Shown: piece by piece, positions 9,600-18,473 of the stretch | Layout: each line of letters starts with the position of its first letter | How positions within the stretch are numbered: the stretch's first letter is position 1 | DNA from: Agathobacter sp. | GTDB taxonomy: Bacteria > Bacillota > Clostridia > Lachnospirales > Lachnospiraceae | DNA: 64,000 nucleotides | Assembly: GCA_022772675.1 (NCBI GenBank) | Contig: JALEZW010000015.1 | Location: forward strand, 4,495 to 68,494 | Reading direction: 5' to 3' | Translations under genes and position numbers: made by a program | The notes under the pieces: model-generated | What the model saw: the letters and a program-made list of their open reading frames with translations, nothing else | Databases searched by the model: none | Told to the model about the DNA's origin: nothing

Positions 9600-10731
9600 A
9601 TTTTTTCCTCCTTGTGAACAGGAAGCCCCCGAGACAAAAGACGAAGGACAACAGCAGCAGTGTCAGAATATTTCGGGTATAGCGTTCCATGGAATCGTAG
9701 TTTGCCAGACTGTAAAAGCAGTCAGAAATCAGTGCTGCCGGATTGATGCGATTGAAAAATGGCAGGTACTGTTCCACGATAATCCGCATATTGCCCATCA
9801 TGAGTCCGCTGAAAAAACAGCAGGGCATGATAACGGCAAACATCATTCCGATTTTGGCTCCTTCGGATTTCGGACCGATGGTGCCCAGGAAAAATCCCAG
9901 GCAGATGCCGGTCATGGTGCTTACGAAAATAGCCAGAAGGGCATAGGGAAGTCGGGCGGTCATGTCCACACGGAGAACAAAAATAATGAATAGAAAGGCC
10001 GCCAGGTTGAGAATAAATTCAAACAGGATATTTGCTGCCAGTTCTCCCATGATGACAAACTGTTTTTTGGAAGGTGCGATATTTTTTCTTGAAGCCAGTG
10101 TGGACAGATTGGCCTGGTTTTCCACTGCCACATATAGACCTCCCATGGCGGTGTACAGACAGGCCATGGCAATCAGGTTATAAAAGTACTGGGTGTAGGT
10201 GTCTGTGTTGGAGCGGGAGAGGGAAACCTCTTTGCAGTACTCCCTATGCTGTGTGATGTTGTCCAGAACAGCCGGCATTTTTTCCGGATGAGTGGCCAGG
10301 GTCCGGGCAATGATGGATGCGCTGACATTGTATTCCTCCACAAAGCTTTTTAAAATGCTCTGGTTCATCTGGGCACTGCTCATGTTGGCAGAAATGGTAA
10401 GCTCTACCGTGTCACCGGCATAGAGAATCCCGTCAATCTTTTTCTTTTCCAGAAGCTTTAAGGCTTTCTTTTCATTGCAGAAAGTGACCATAAGCATCTG
10501 GTCGTCCCCATCCTTTCCCAGTTCCTCCACTGTGGCGCGGAAAGTCTCTGCATTAGGTGTGTTTTCTAAGACCACAGCAACCGGAATAGGCGCAAAGCTT
10601 TCGGTTTTTCCGATATTGGAAAAGGCTACCTTAAACATACAGCCTAAAAGGATTGGAAACAAAAGAATCCAGAAAATGTTGCTTTTGTTTCGCATAAGGC
10701 GAAACAGGGAATATTTGAAAATGTTTATCAT
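9586..10731 (-). CDS. ABC-2 type transporter permease
   Basis: Same architecture as its paralogous neighbour. AGGAGG RBS 7 nt upstream. Confidence 0.75.
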   Translation of the reverse strand: MINIFKYSLFRLMRNKSNIFWILLFPILLGCMFKVAFSNIGKTESFAPIPVAVVLENTPNAETFRATVEELGKDGDDQMLMVTFCNEKKALKLLEKKKIDGILYAGDTVELTISANMSSAQMNQSILKSFVEEYNVSASIIARTLATHPEKMPAVLDNITQHREYCKEVSLSRSNTDTYTQYFYNLIAMACLYTAMGGLYVAVENQANLSTLASRKNIAPSKKQFVIMGELAANILFEFILNLAAFLFIIFVLRVDMTARLPYALLAIFVSTMTGICLGFFLGTIGPKSEGAKIGMMFAVIMPCCFFSGLMMGNMRIIVEQYLPFFNRINPAALISDCFYSLANYDSMERYTRNILTLLLLSFVFCLGGFLFTRRKKYASI

Positions 10732-10747
10732 AATCGTTCCTCCTAAA

Positions 10748-10828
10748 TGAACATTGGTCTATGCGAGATTTGCCTGCGGCAAATGGACCGACGCTGCATG
10801 ATAAGTTTTCTGCGAAAACTTATCACAT
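10748..10828. repeat. 81-nt structured repeat, copy A (between ATPase and permease genes)
   Basis: Its reverse complement matches 11903-11983 with 8 mismatches by hand alignment. Contains a perfect 11-bp hairpin TGATAAGTTTT/AAAACTTATCA (10799-10825) and the stem ATTTGCC/GGCAAAT. Confidence 0.8.
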
Positions 10829-10837
10829 ATCTTCTTA

Positions 10838-11782
10838 TCACATATCTCGTAACTCTTTGCCGGTGATTTCCAGAAATACATCATTTAAAGTCGGCAGTTC
10901 GGAATACACATGACCTGCAGATAATTCCTGTTCCTGCAGGTAGTTCAGTACCCGGACAAGATTGTGTTTTCCACCGCTGCATAATATCACCAGCTTGTGG
11001 TCGGTGAAATTGGCTTCATACACATGGGGCAGGGTCCGGATGGCCGCCAGATCCTTTTCCGGGAGCTCAACCAGTTCGATGGTGATGATTTCGCTTTTTT
11101 TAATCATCTTTTTTAATTCCTCTTTGGTGCCCACGGCAATGCTTCTGCCTTTATCTATAATAGCGATGCGGGTGCAGATCTGCTCCACCTCCTCCATGTA
11201 GTGGGAGGTGTAAATGATGGTGGCCCCCTCCTCATTGAGTTTTACGATGCCTTCCAGAATTTTGTTGCGGCTCTGGGGATCCACGGCTACCGTAGGCTCA
11301 TCCATGATAATGAGTTTGGGTTTATGGGCGATGCCGCAGGCAATGTTCAGCCGCCGCAGAAGACCGCCGGATAGTTTTTTGGGATGGAATTTTTTAAAGT
11401 CATTGAGGCCCACAAAATCGATGGCTTCCTGCACATACTGTCTTCGCCTGGCACGGTCTTTGATATACAGTCCGCAGAAATAGTCAATGTTTTCATAGAC
11501 GGTCAGTTCATCAAAGACAGCTACATTTTGCATGACCACACCAATCTGACGCTTTAATTCATAACTGTCTGGTTTCATTTCTTTGCCGAAAATCTCAATG
11601 GTCCCTTTGTCATAGGATAACAGGGACAGAAGGCAGTTGATGGTGGTGGTTTTACCGGAGCCGTTGGGACCCAGCAGACCAAAAATCTCACCCTCGTTGA
11701 TGGTAAGATTAAAATGATCCAGTGCCAATAGCTCTTTATATCGTTTTACCAGGTTTTCAATTTTCACTACGGGGGTACTCAT
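10838..11782 (-). CDS. ABC transporter ATP-binding protein
   Basis: Walker A GPNGSGKTT, signature LSGGLLRRL, and Walker B LIIMDEPT. Confidence 0.9.
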   Translation of the reverse strand: MSTPVVKIENLVKRYKELLALDHFNLTINEGEIFGLLGPNGSGKTTTINCLLSLLSYDKGTIEIFGKEMKPDSYELKRQIGVVMQNVAVFDELTVYENIDYFCGLYIKDRARRRQYVQEAIDFVGLNDFKKFHPKKLSGGLLRRLNIACGIAHKPKLIIMDEPTVAVDPQSRNKILEGIVKLNEEGATIIYTSHYMEEVEQICTRIAIIDKGRSIAVGTKEELKKMIKKSEIITIELVELPEKDLAAIRTLPHVYEANFTDHKLVILCSGGKHNLVRVLNYLQEQELSAGHVYSELPTLNDVFLEITGKELRDM

Positions 11783-11902
11783 AGGGTATTCTCCTTTCGG
11801 GTTTTGTTTTATGCCCCTATCTTACAGGATGACCGGAAAGAAAAACAGTGTCGGATGTCAGAAACAAGGATGACAAATGTCACATCTTCTGTTATGCTAT
11901 AA

Positions 11903-11983
11903 ATGTGATAAGTTTTCGCAGAAAACTTATCATGTAGCATCGGTCCATTTGCCGAAGGCAAATTTTGTATGGACCGATGTTCA
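11903..11983. repeat. 81-nt structured repeat, copy B (upstream of the histidine kinase gene)
   Basis: Inverted copy of 10748-10828. Hairpin 1 spans 11906-11932; hairpin 2 is CATCGGTCCA..TTTGCC GAA GGCAAA..TGGACCGATG. Confidence 0.8.
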
Positions 11984-12020
11984 CAGAATGTGATGTAATG
12001 ATTTTCTGGAGGAAAGCCCT

Positions 12021-13103
12021 ATGGACAAAATAATCGATAAGGGACTGGCGTTTACACTGGGCTGCATTCTTCTCTGGGGACTGGACAGCTTTGTGGAACC
12101 GGTTCTTGCGATTCTCATGGCTTTGGTTTATTTCGCACTGTCCTGTTATCTGACGGATAAGCGGGGCGTAGGCATTCTGATGGCTTTTATGGCAGGACTC
12201 AGCTTTTACTGGAAGGAACTTTCGGTTTTTCTCCCGCTTTTGTGTTATGACAGCATTGCCTGTTCCCTCTGGTGGGGCATGGGGGCTGCCCTGGTGGGAA
12301 TTTTTCCCATGATGGAGTGCTTTTCGGTGGAAAAGGCCGGCGGATGGAGGCTGGCACTGTGGATTTTCCTGTACCTGATGACGGTAGTATCTGCTTTTCG
12401 GACAAAGCAGCTGGAGAGCAAAAAGCAGGAATTTATCCACCTGCGGGATGAGACTACGGAACGAAAGCTATTGATGCAGAAGCGACAGAGAGAACTTCTG
12501 GAAAAGCAGGATTATGAGATTCGTCTGGCAACGTTACAGGAAAGAAACCGGATTGCCAGGGAAATCCATGACAATGTGGGACATATGCTGACCCGTTCTA
12601 TTTTGCAGATGGGAGCTTTACTTACAATCCATCAGGAGGAGCCGGTTCATGGACAGCTGGAAGCGGTAAATGATACCTTGAATTCTGCCATGAACAGTAT
12701 CCGGGAGAGCGTTCATGACCTTCACAACGATTCCGTGGATTTAAAGCAGATGGTGTGTGATGTGACGGAGGAACTGAAAGACCGCTGTCAGGTTATGGTG
12801 GATTATGATATGTCTGAGGAGATCCCCCGCAATGTGAAATACTGCCTGATTACCATCGTGAAGGAGGCTGTGGCAAATATCGTAAAGCACAGCAACGCCG
12901 GCAGGGTGTCCATTTTTTTACGGGAACACCCGGGATTTTACCAGCTGTCTGTGGAGGACGATGGGACAGACATCCATATGAGTGCAAATCCGGGCATCGG
13001 TCTTACCAACATGGAGGATCGTGTGAAGGCATTAGGGGGAAGTGTACATTTTTTTACGGAGCGGGGATTTCGTATTCTTGTGTCCCTGCCAAAACAGAGG
13101 TAA
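12021..13103 (+). CDS. sensor histidine kinase (HisKA_3 / NarL-partner type, intramembrane-sensing)
   Basis: Multi-TM N-terminus without a large loop, H-box RIAREIHDNVGHML, and an HATPase_c domain (DDGTDI, GIGLTNM). Confidence 0.85.
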   Translation: MDKIIDKGLAFTLGCILLWGLDSFVEPVLAILMALVYFALSCYLTDKRGVGILMAFMAGLSFYWKELSVFLPLLCYDSIACSLWWGMGAALVGIFPMMECFSVEKAGGWRLALWIFLYLMTVVSAFRTKQLESKKQEFIHLRDETTERKLLMQKRQRELLEKQDYEIRLATLQERNRIAREIHDNVGHMLTRSILQMGALLTIHQEEPVHGQLEAVNDTLNSAMNSIRESVHDLHNDSVDLKQMVCDVTEELKDRCQVMVDYDMSEEIPRNVKYCLITIVKEAVANIVKHSNAGRVSIFLREHPGFYQLSVEDDGTDIHMSANPGIGLTNMEDRVKALGGSVHFFTERGFRILVSLPKQR

Positions 13104-13151
13104 GGGATTGGGAAACACCAGCCGGTGTATGAAAAATGAGAGGAAAATAGC

Positions 13152-13775
13152 ATGAAAGTGATAATTGTAGATGATGACCAGCTGGTTGCCCTGTCTTTAC
13201 AGACCATTCTGGAATCAGATGAAAATATCCGTGTTGCGGCCTGCGGACAGGACGGGGAGGAGGCTGTGGCTCTGTATGGGAAACATCAGCCGGATGTGCT
13301 TCTCATGGATATTCAGATGAAGGGGATGAGTGGTCTTGCTGCGGCGGAAATGATTCTGAAATCATATCCGGATGCAAAGATTTTGTTTCTTACTACCTTT
13401 TCAGATGACGAATATATTATAAAAGCACTTGACATTGGCGCAAAAGGGTATATTCTAAAACAGGACTTTGCAGGAATTATCCCGGCACTTTTTGCGGTGG
13501 AACAAGGGCAGAGCGTGTTCGGAGGAGAGATTGTGAGCAAAATTCCCGTGCTGATGCAGCAGAAGAATACCTTTGATTACAGTATGTATGATATTGGTGA
13601 AAAGGAGCAGGAAATCATTGCTCTTGTGGGACTGGGAAAGAGCAACCGGGAGATTGCAGGAGAACTTTTTCTCAGTGAGGGAACCGTTCGTAATTATATT
13701 AGTACGATTCTGGAGAAACTATCCTTAAGGGATAGAACCCAGCTGGCCGTTTTTTATCTGACAAAGGTACGATAA
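13152..13775 (+). CDS. LuxR/NarL-family response regulator
   Basis: Receiver domain (VIIVDDD...LLMDIQM) plus a C-terminal GerE-type HTH (SNREIAGELFLSEGTVRNYIS). Confidence 0.9.
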   Translation: MKVIIVDDDQLVALSLQTILESDENIRVAACGQDGEEAVALYGKHQPDVLLMDIQMKGMSGLAAAEMILKSYPDAKILFLTTFSDDEYIIKALDIGAKGYILKQDFAGIIPALFAVEQGQSVFGGEIVSKIPVLMQQKNTFDYSMYDIGEKEQEIIALVGLGKSNREIAGELFLSEGTVRNYISTILEKLSLRDRTQLAVFYLTKVR

Positions 13776-13846
13776 ATCAGGGAGTGCTGCAGCCGGGGAA
13801 AAACTTCACAAATAACCGGACAATATGCATAAAAAAGGAGAGTATC

Positions 13847-14299
13847 ATGAAAATCGGAATCGGAAATGACCACGCAGCAGTGGAAATGAAAATGCAGATT
13901 AAGGAATTTATGGAAGGCCTGGGACATGAGGTGGTAAATTACGGCGTGGATACGCCGGAGAGCTGCGACTATCCGGAGATTGGAGAGAGGGTTGGAAATG
14001 CTGTAGCGTCAGGGGAAGTGGACTGCGCCGTTTTAATCTGCGGAACGGGAGTCGGAATCTCAATCGCTGCCAATAAAGTAAATGGTGTGCGTGCAGCAGT
14101 CTGCTCGGATACCACAACTGCCCATCTGGTAAAGGAGCACAACAATGCCAATATCATCGCATTCGGTGCCAGAATTGTGGGTGTTGAGACTGCAAAGGAT
14201 ATTGTAAAGACGTATCTTGAGGCAGAGTTTATGGGAGGACGCCATGAAAGAAGAGTTGCCATGATTTCGGATATAGAAAAGAAAAACAGCAGTAAATAG
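13847..14299 (+). CDS. rpiB: ribose-5-phosphate isomerase B
   Basis: MKIGIGNDHAAVEMK...LICGTGVGISIAANK; GGAG RBS. The ORF-track start at 13784 is an upstream extension. Confidence 0.9.
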   Translation: MKIGIGNDHAAVEMKMQIKEFMEGLGHEVVNYGVDTPESCDYPEIGERVGNAVASGEVDCAVLICGTGVGISIAANKVNGVRAAVCSDTTTAHLVKEHNNANIIAFGARIVGVETAKDIVKTYLEAEFMGGRHERRVAMISDIEKKNSSK

Positions 14300-14376
14300 T
14301 ACTTGAAAAGTATTCCATTTTATAGTAAAATTGTATTTCGAGAGAGTTTTACTCGTTATTGAAGGAGGAAGATCGA

Positions 14377-14934
14377 ATGATTTCAGCAGGAGATTTCAGA
14401 AACGGTGTTACGATTGAACTGGAAGGTAACATTTATCAGATTATTGAATTTCAGCATGTTAAGCCGGGAAAAGGTGCGGCATTCGTTAGAACAAAGTTAA
14501 AGAATATTGTCAGCGGCGGCGTTGTGGAGAAGACATTCCGTCCGACAGAGAAGTGTCCGACTGCCCATATTGACCGTAAGGATATGCAGTATCTGTATGC
14601 AGATGATGATTTCTATCATTTTATGGATGTAGAGACCTATGACCAGATTGACCTGACAAAGGACAACGTTGGGGATGCATTAAAATTCGTTAAGGAAAAT
14701 GAGATGGTTAAGATCTGTTCTTATAAGGGAGATGTATTTGCCGTAGAGCCACCTCTTTTTGTAGAACTTAAGGTTACCGATACGGAGCCTGGATTCAAGG
14801 GCGATACAGCCACCGGTGCCACAAAGCCGGCTACTGTAGAGACCGGTGCAACGGTATCTGTACCTCTTTTTGTAGAGCAGGAAGATGTGATCAAGATTGA
14901 TACCCGTACAGGTGAGTATCTTTCCCGCGTATAA
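14377..14934 (+). CDS. efp: elongation factor P
   Basis: [43 protein letters not shown]. The ATG at 14377 follows GAAGGAGG. Confidence 0.95.
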   Translation: MISAGDFRNGVTIELEGNIYQIIEFQHVKPGKGAAFVRTKLKNIVSGGVVEKTFRPTEKCPTAHIDRKDMQYLYADDDFYHFMDVETYDQIDLTKDNVGDALKFVKENEMVKICSYKGDVFAVEPPLFVELKVTDTEPGFKGDTATGATKPATVETGATVSVPLFVEQEDVIKIDTRTGEYLSRV

Positions 14935-14953
14935 TTAAATGGTTTAAAGAGCA

Positions 14954-14986
14954 ATGCCGGAAAACCTTGGTTTTCCGGCATTTTTT
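14954..14986 (+). terminator. intrinsic terminator after efp
   Basis: ATGCCGGAAAACC / GGTTTTCCGGCAT stem followed by TTTTT. Confidence 0.7.
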
Positions 14987-14999
14987 GATTACAACTGGA

Positions 15000-16343
15000 T
15001 TAAGTATAGGACCGCAGCAGGTAGATATCTGCAATGGCCGCAAATACATATGACAGCAGCATTCCCCACAGATAGGCATCAATTCCGTGTGAAGGTACAA
15101 GAAACCAGATCATGCTGATACGGATCAGGCAGGCCAGCAGCGTGACCATGAGAACCAGCTGTGGTTTGCCCAGACCGTGCAGGATACTGTTTAAGAGACT
15201 TGTGATATATAAAAGCGGGCAGAGCCAGGAGAGCTGTTTTATGAATGCTCCGGCCAGGGTGTTGTGGAAGAGAAAATTTCCAATCCAGTCACCGGTAAAC
15301 AGAAAAAGAAATGTAAACAGGAGTCCAAGAAGCAGTCCATAAAGGATTGCTTTTTTTATTGCAATGGAAATACGGGCGGCATTATTGGATCCCTGGGCTT
15401 CTGAGATGGCAGGAAGAAGCAGAACCGAGAGGGAGTTTGTCAGTACATTGGGAAACAGAATGATGGACATGGTCATTCCTGTCAGCACACCAAAGATGCT
15501 TAAGGCATCGGAGGCAGAATAGCCATAAAGCTGTAATTTCTGTGGAATCATAAGGTTTTCGAGACTGTTAAATAAAGCGGTCATAACCCGGTTCATGGTA
15601 AGGGGAACCACCATGGCAGCAAAGAGCTTTCCCATGTTTTTTCCATCCGAAAACAGAATGCGAAGGCTTTTAGCCGGCATCTGTTTTTCCAGGGAAAAGG
15701 CGAGAAGACATACCAGAAGTCCCGCAAGTTCTCCTGCCAGAAGTCCTGCAACAGCGTGGATGGCAGTCAGCTGGATTCCCTTTTCCATTGTAATACGGTA
15801 AATGATAAAGACACATCCTACCCGAGCAATCTGTTCTACAAGCTGGCAGACAGAGGGCACAAATGCCCGCTTCTGCCCATAGTAATAGCCATTGATGCAG
15901 GCATGGATGCAGCAGGGGAGGAGGGAAAAACTAAGGAGGGAAAGCAGCGGTGCACAGCGTTCCTCCCCAAGAAAATGCACAGCAATCCACTGGGATTTAT
16001 AGTAGAGAAGGAACCCTGTAAGCAGGGAGAGGAGGCTGGAAACGGCTAAACCCAGATACAGATACCCTCTGGCTTTTTCTTCGCCGTTTTTGCAGTTCCT
16101 GCATTTTCCACAGGCATCTCCCACAAACTTGGAGATGGATGTCTGGATGGAAGAGGCGGTTAAGGCAAAACACATGGAAAAAACAGGGGCTATGAGCTGA
16201 TAGATTCCCAGTGCTTCTGCACCAATGGTCTGCGCTAAGAATATTCTATAGAAGAAGCCGATGACACGGCTGGCGACACCGGCTGCGGTCATCAGGAGAG
16301 TTCCGGAAATCAGTGGATTTTTAAGAAATCTGGTAAACTTCAA
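15000..16343 (-). CDS. MOP-superfamily flippase (SpoVB / polysaccharide biosynthesis protein-like)
   Basis: 447 aa, about 12-14 TM segments, N-terminus GTLLMTAAGVASRVIGFFYRIFLAQTIGAEALGIY typical of SpoVB/MurJ-like proteins. Confidence 0.7.
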   Translation of the reverse strand: MKFTRFLKNPLISGTLLMTAAGVASRVIGFFYRIFLAQTIGAEALGIYQLIAPVFSMCFALTASSIQTSISKFVGDACGKCRNCKNGEEKARGYLYLGLAVSSLLSLLTGFLLYYKSQWIAVHFLGEERCAPLLSLLSFSLLPCCIHACINGYYYGQKRAFVPSVCQLVEQIARVGCVFIIYRITMEKGIQLTAIHAVAGLLAGELAGLLVCLLAFSLEKQMPAKSLRILFSDGKNMGKLFAAMVVPLTMNRVMTALFNSLENLMIPQKLQLYGYSASDALSIFGVLTGMTMSIILFPNVLTNSLSVLLLPAISEAQGSNNAARISIAIKKAILYGLLLGLLFTFLFLFTGDWIGNFLFHNTLAGAFIKQLSWLCPLLYITSLLNSILHGLGKPQLVLMVTLLACLIRISMIWFLVPSHGIDAYLWGMLLSYVFAAIADIYLLRSYT

Positions 16344-16400
16344 GGGGTGAACTCCAGGATTGAAACTTGTTAATTATTATATGAGGGGATGGTGCACAAT

Positions 16401-17546
16401 ATGAGCTGCAAAATCTATATGGATCATGCCGCCACAACCGAGATGCTTCCGCAGGTGCGTACCGCAATGGAACCTTACCTCATGGAAGAATACGGGAATG
16501 CGTCGACGGCATATGAGATGGGGAGAAAGAATCACCAGGTGATTGAACAGGCAAGAGAAAAAATAGCCAGGCTTGTGGGAGCACAGCCGGAAGAAATTTT
16601 TTTTACATCCGGAGGAAGCGAGGCGGATAACTGGGTAATTAAGAATGTGGCAGCAGACAGAAAAACAAGAGGAAAGCATATTATTACAAGCAAAATTGAA
16701 CATCATGCAGTACTCCGTTCCTGTGAATATCTGGAAAAACTGGGCTATGAGGTTACTTATCTGGAGGTGGATGGCTACGGTCTTGTGAGTCCGGAAGGGA
16801 TAGCAGATGCAGTGCGGGAGGACACAACACTGGTCTCTGTTATGACAGGAAATAATGAAATAGGGACCCTGGAACCCATTTCTGCCATTGCATCCGTCCT
16901 TCGGGGGAAGGATGTTGCGTTTCATACGGATGCCGTGCAGGCAGTGGGGCAGATTCCGGTCAATTTACAGCAGCTGCCGGTGGACTATCTGAGTGCCAGT
17001 GCCCATAAATTTCATGGACCTAAGGGTGTTGGTTTTTTGTTTGAGAGGAAAAATAAGGAGTTGTCTTCCTTTATTCATGGGGGAAGCCAGGAACGGGGGA
17101 AAAGGGCAGGAACGGAGAATGTGGCAGGCATTGTGGGGATGGCGGCTGCGTTAGAAATTTCCGTGCAGGAAATGCAGATGGTGAGACAAAGACTCATACG
17201 TCTGCGGAATTATTTTACAGAGCGTGTGCTTCGGGAAATTCCGGATTCCAGACTGAACGGACATCCGTATAAGAGGCTGCCGGGAAATGTCAACTTCAGC
17301 TTTAAGGGAATTGATGCCACATCCCTTCTGGTACTCCTAGAGGAGGACGGAATCTGCGCATCGGCAGGAAGTGCCTGCAATACCGGACAGACCAGGATTT
17401 CCCATGTGATTGAAGCCATAGGTGTGCCGGATGACTATGCCCCGGGAAGCGTCCGTTTTACCATGGGACGGGATACGGACAGAGGGCAGGTGGATGCTGC
17501 GATTGAGAGCCTGAAGCGGGGAATCAGTCTGCTTCGGCAGGAATGA
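16401..17546 (+). CDS. nifS: cysteine desulfurase (NifS/IscS type)
   Basis: IYMDHAATT, the PLP lysine region SASAHKFHGPKG, and the active-site loop SAGSACN. The ATG at 16401 is better spaced from GAGGGG than the one at 16389. Confidence 0.85.
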   Translation: MSCKIYMDHAATTEMLPQVRTAMEPYLMEEYGNASTAYEMGRKNHQVIEQAREKIARLVGAQPEEIFFTSGGSEADNWVIKNVAADRKTRGKHIITSKIEHHAVLRSCEYLEKLGYEVTYLEVDGYGLVSPEGIADAVREDTTLVSVMTGNNEIGTLEPISAIASVLRGKDVAFHTDAVQAVGQIPVNLQQLPVDYLSASAHKFHGPKGVGFLFERKNKELSSFIHGGSQERGKRAGTENVAGIVGMAAALEISVQEMQMVRQRLIRLRNYFTERVLREIPDSRLNGHPYKRLPGNVNFSFKGIDATSLLVLLEEDGICASAGSACNTGQTRISHVIEAIGVPDDYAPGSVRFTMGRDTDRGQVDAAIESLKRGISLLRQE

Positions 17547-18375
17547 AAACATCAAGTGCATGGGCGACTCCATCTTCCAGGTTGGACAGAGTGATATAGT
17601 CTGCCTGTTCTTTCACTGAATTGGTGGCATTTCCCATTGCAACGCCAATACCGGCAGCCTGAATGATTGCAAGGTCGTTTTCCGTATCACCCATTGCCAT
17701 GGTGGCATTGTGCTCAATCCCCAGCATGTCGGAAAGTTTATACAAGGCGATTCCCTTGCTGACATCGGAGCGTGTGAATTCCAGATTGCCGTAGCCGCCG
17801 CATACCGTTGTAATTTCGGGAATGGATTTTAAAAATTTTTCGGTTTTATCCCGGTCTGTGGGAATACCATTTTCGTCCGGATAGAAATTCAATGTCATTT
17901 TCTGGACTTTCAACTGATTATCGTGGATGAACTTAAGAATATTGTCCAGACGAATCCGTGTGGTGGTAATGTACTTTTTCAGAGAGGACGGAACGGTCAG
18001 CTTTTCGCCTGCGGCGATGCACTGCGTTGGAGAGTAGCCCTTTCCGCCGATAAAGGCATCCATGTGGATGTCCAGAGTGAGAAGGTACTGAATGATCGGT
18101 GAAACCAGCTCCTCCTCCATTGCGTTTTCAAACAGGCATTTTTCTGTTGGTATTTCATAGATTGCACTGCCGTTTGTGGTGATGGCATAGCGGATGCCGG
18201 TTTCCTTTATCTGGTCGAAGGGCAGTCCCATAAATGGCCTTCCGGTGGAGATGACCACATGGATTCCACCTGCGGTGATTCTTCGTATGGTTTCCAGATT
18301 GTGGCTGCTGATTTTGCTGTTGTTGTTAAAAAGGGTTCCGTCCAGATCCAGTGCCACTAATTTGATGTTTGACAT
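17524..18375 (-). CDS. Cof-type HAD-IIB phosphatase
   Basis: LVALDLDGTL motif I, STGRP, and GDTENDLAIIQAAG. Confidence 0.8.
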   Translation of the reverse strand: MSNIKLVALDLDGTLFNNNSKISSHNLETIRRITAGGIHVVISTGRPFMGLPFDQIKETGIRYAITTNGSAIYEIPTEKCLFENAMEEELVSPIIQYLLTLDIHMDAFIGGKGYSPTQCIAAGEKLTVPSSLKKYITTTRIRLDNILKFIHDNQLKVQKMTLNFYPDENGIPTDRDKTEKFLKSIPEITTVCGGYGNLEFTRSDVSKGIALYKLSDMLGIEHNATMAMGDTENDLAIIQAAGIGVAMGNATNSVKEQADYITLSNLEDGVAHALDVFIPAEAD

Positions 18376-18473
18376 AAATACCTCTCTTTATTTGTACTTT
18401 TATTTGCTTATCTTCTTAATATGAGTTATTATAAATAGAAAATGGGAAAAGTACAATATGTGAGGAAGCCAAA

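Noticed and set aside
10748-11983. Reading the inverted 81-nt repeats as the ends of an IS element or composite transposon
   Set aside because: The enclosed DNA encodes only a normal ABC ATPase that belongs functionally with the flanking permeases. There is no transposase or recombinase, and no flanking direct repeats on the outer sides. This is kept as a finding under other hypotheses.
11892-12440. 182-aa minus-strand ORF spanning the divergent promoter and the histidine kinase N-terminus
   Set aside because: It is antisense to the well-supported kinase gene and runs through repeat copy B. Its composition is His/Gln/Pro/Lys-rich and non-protein-like, and it has no RBS.
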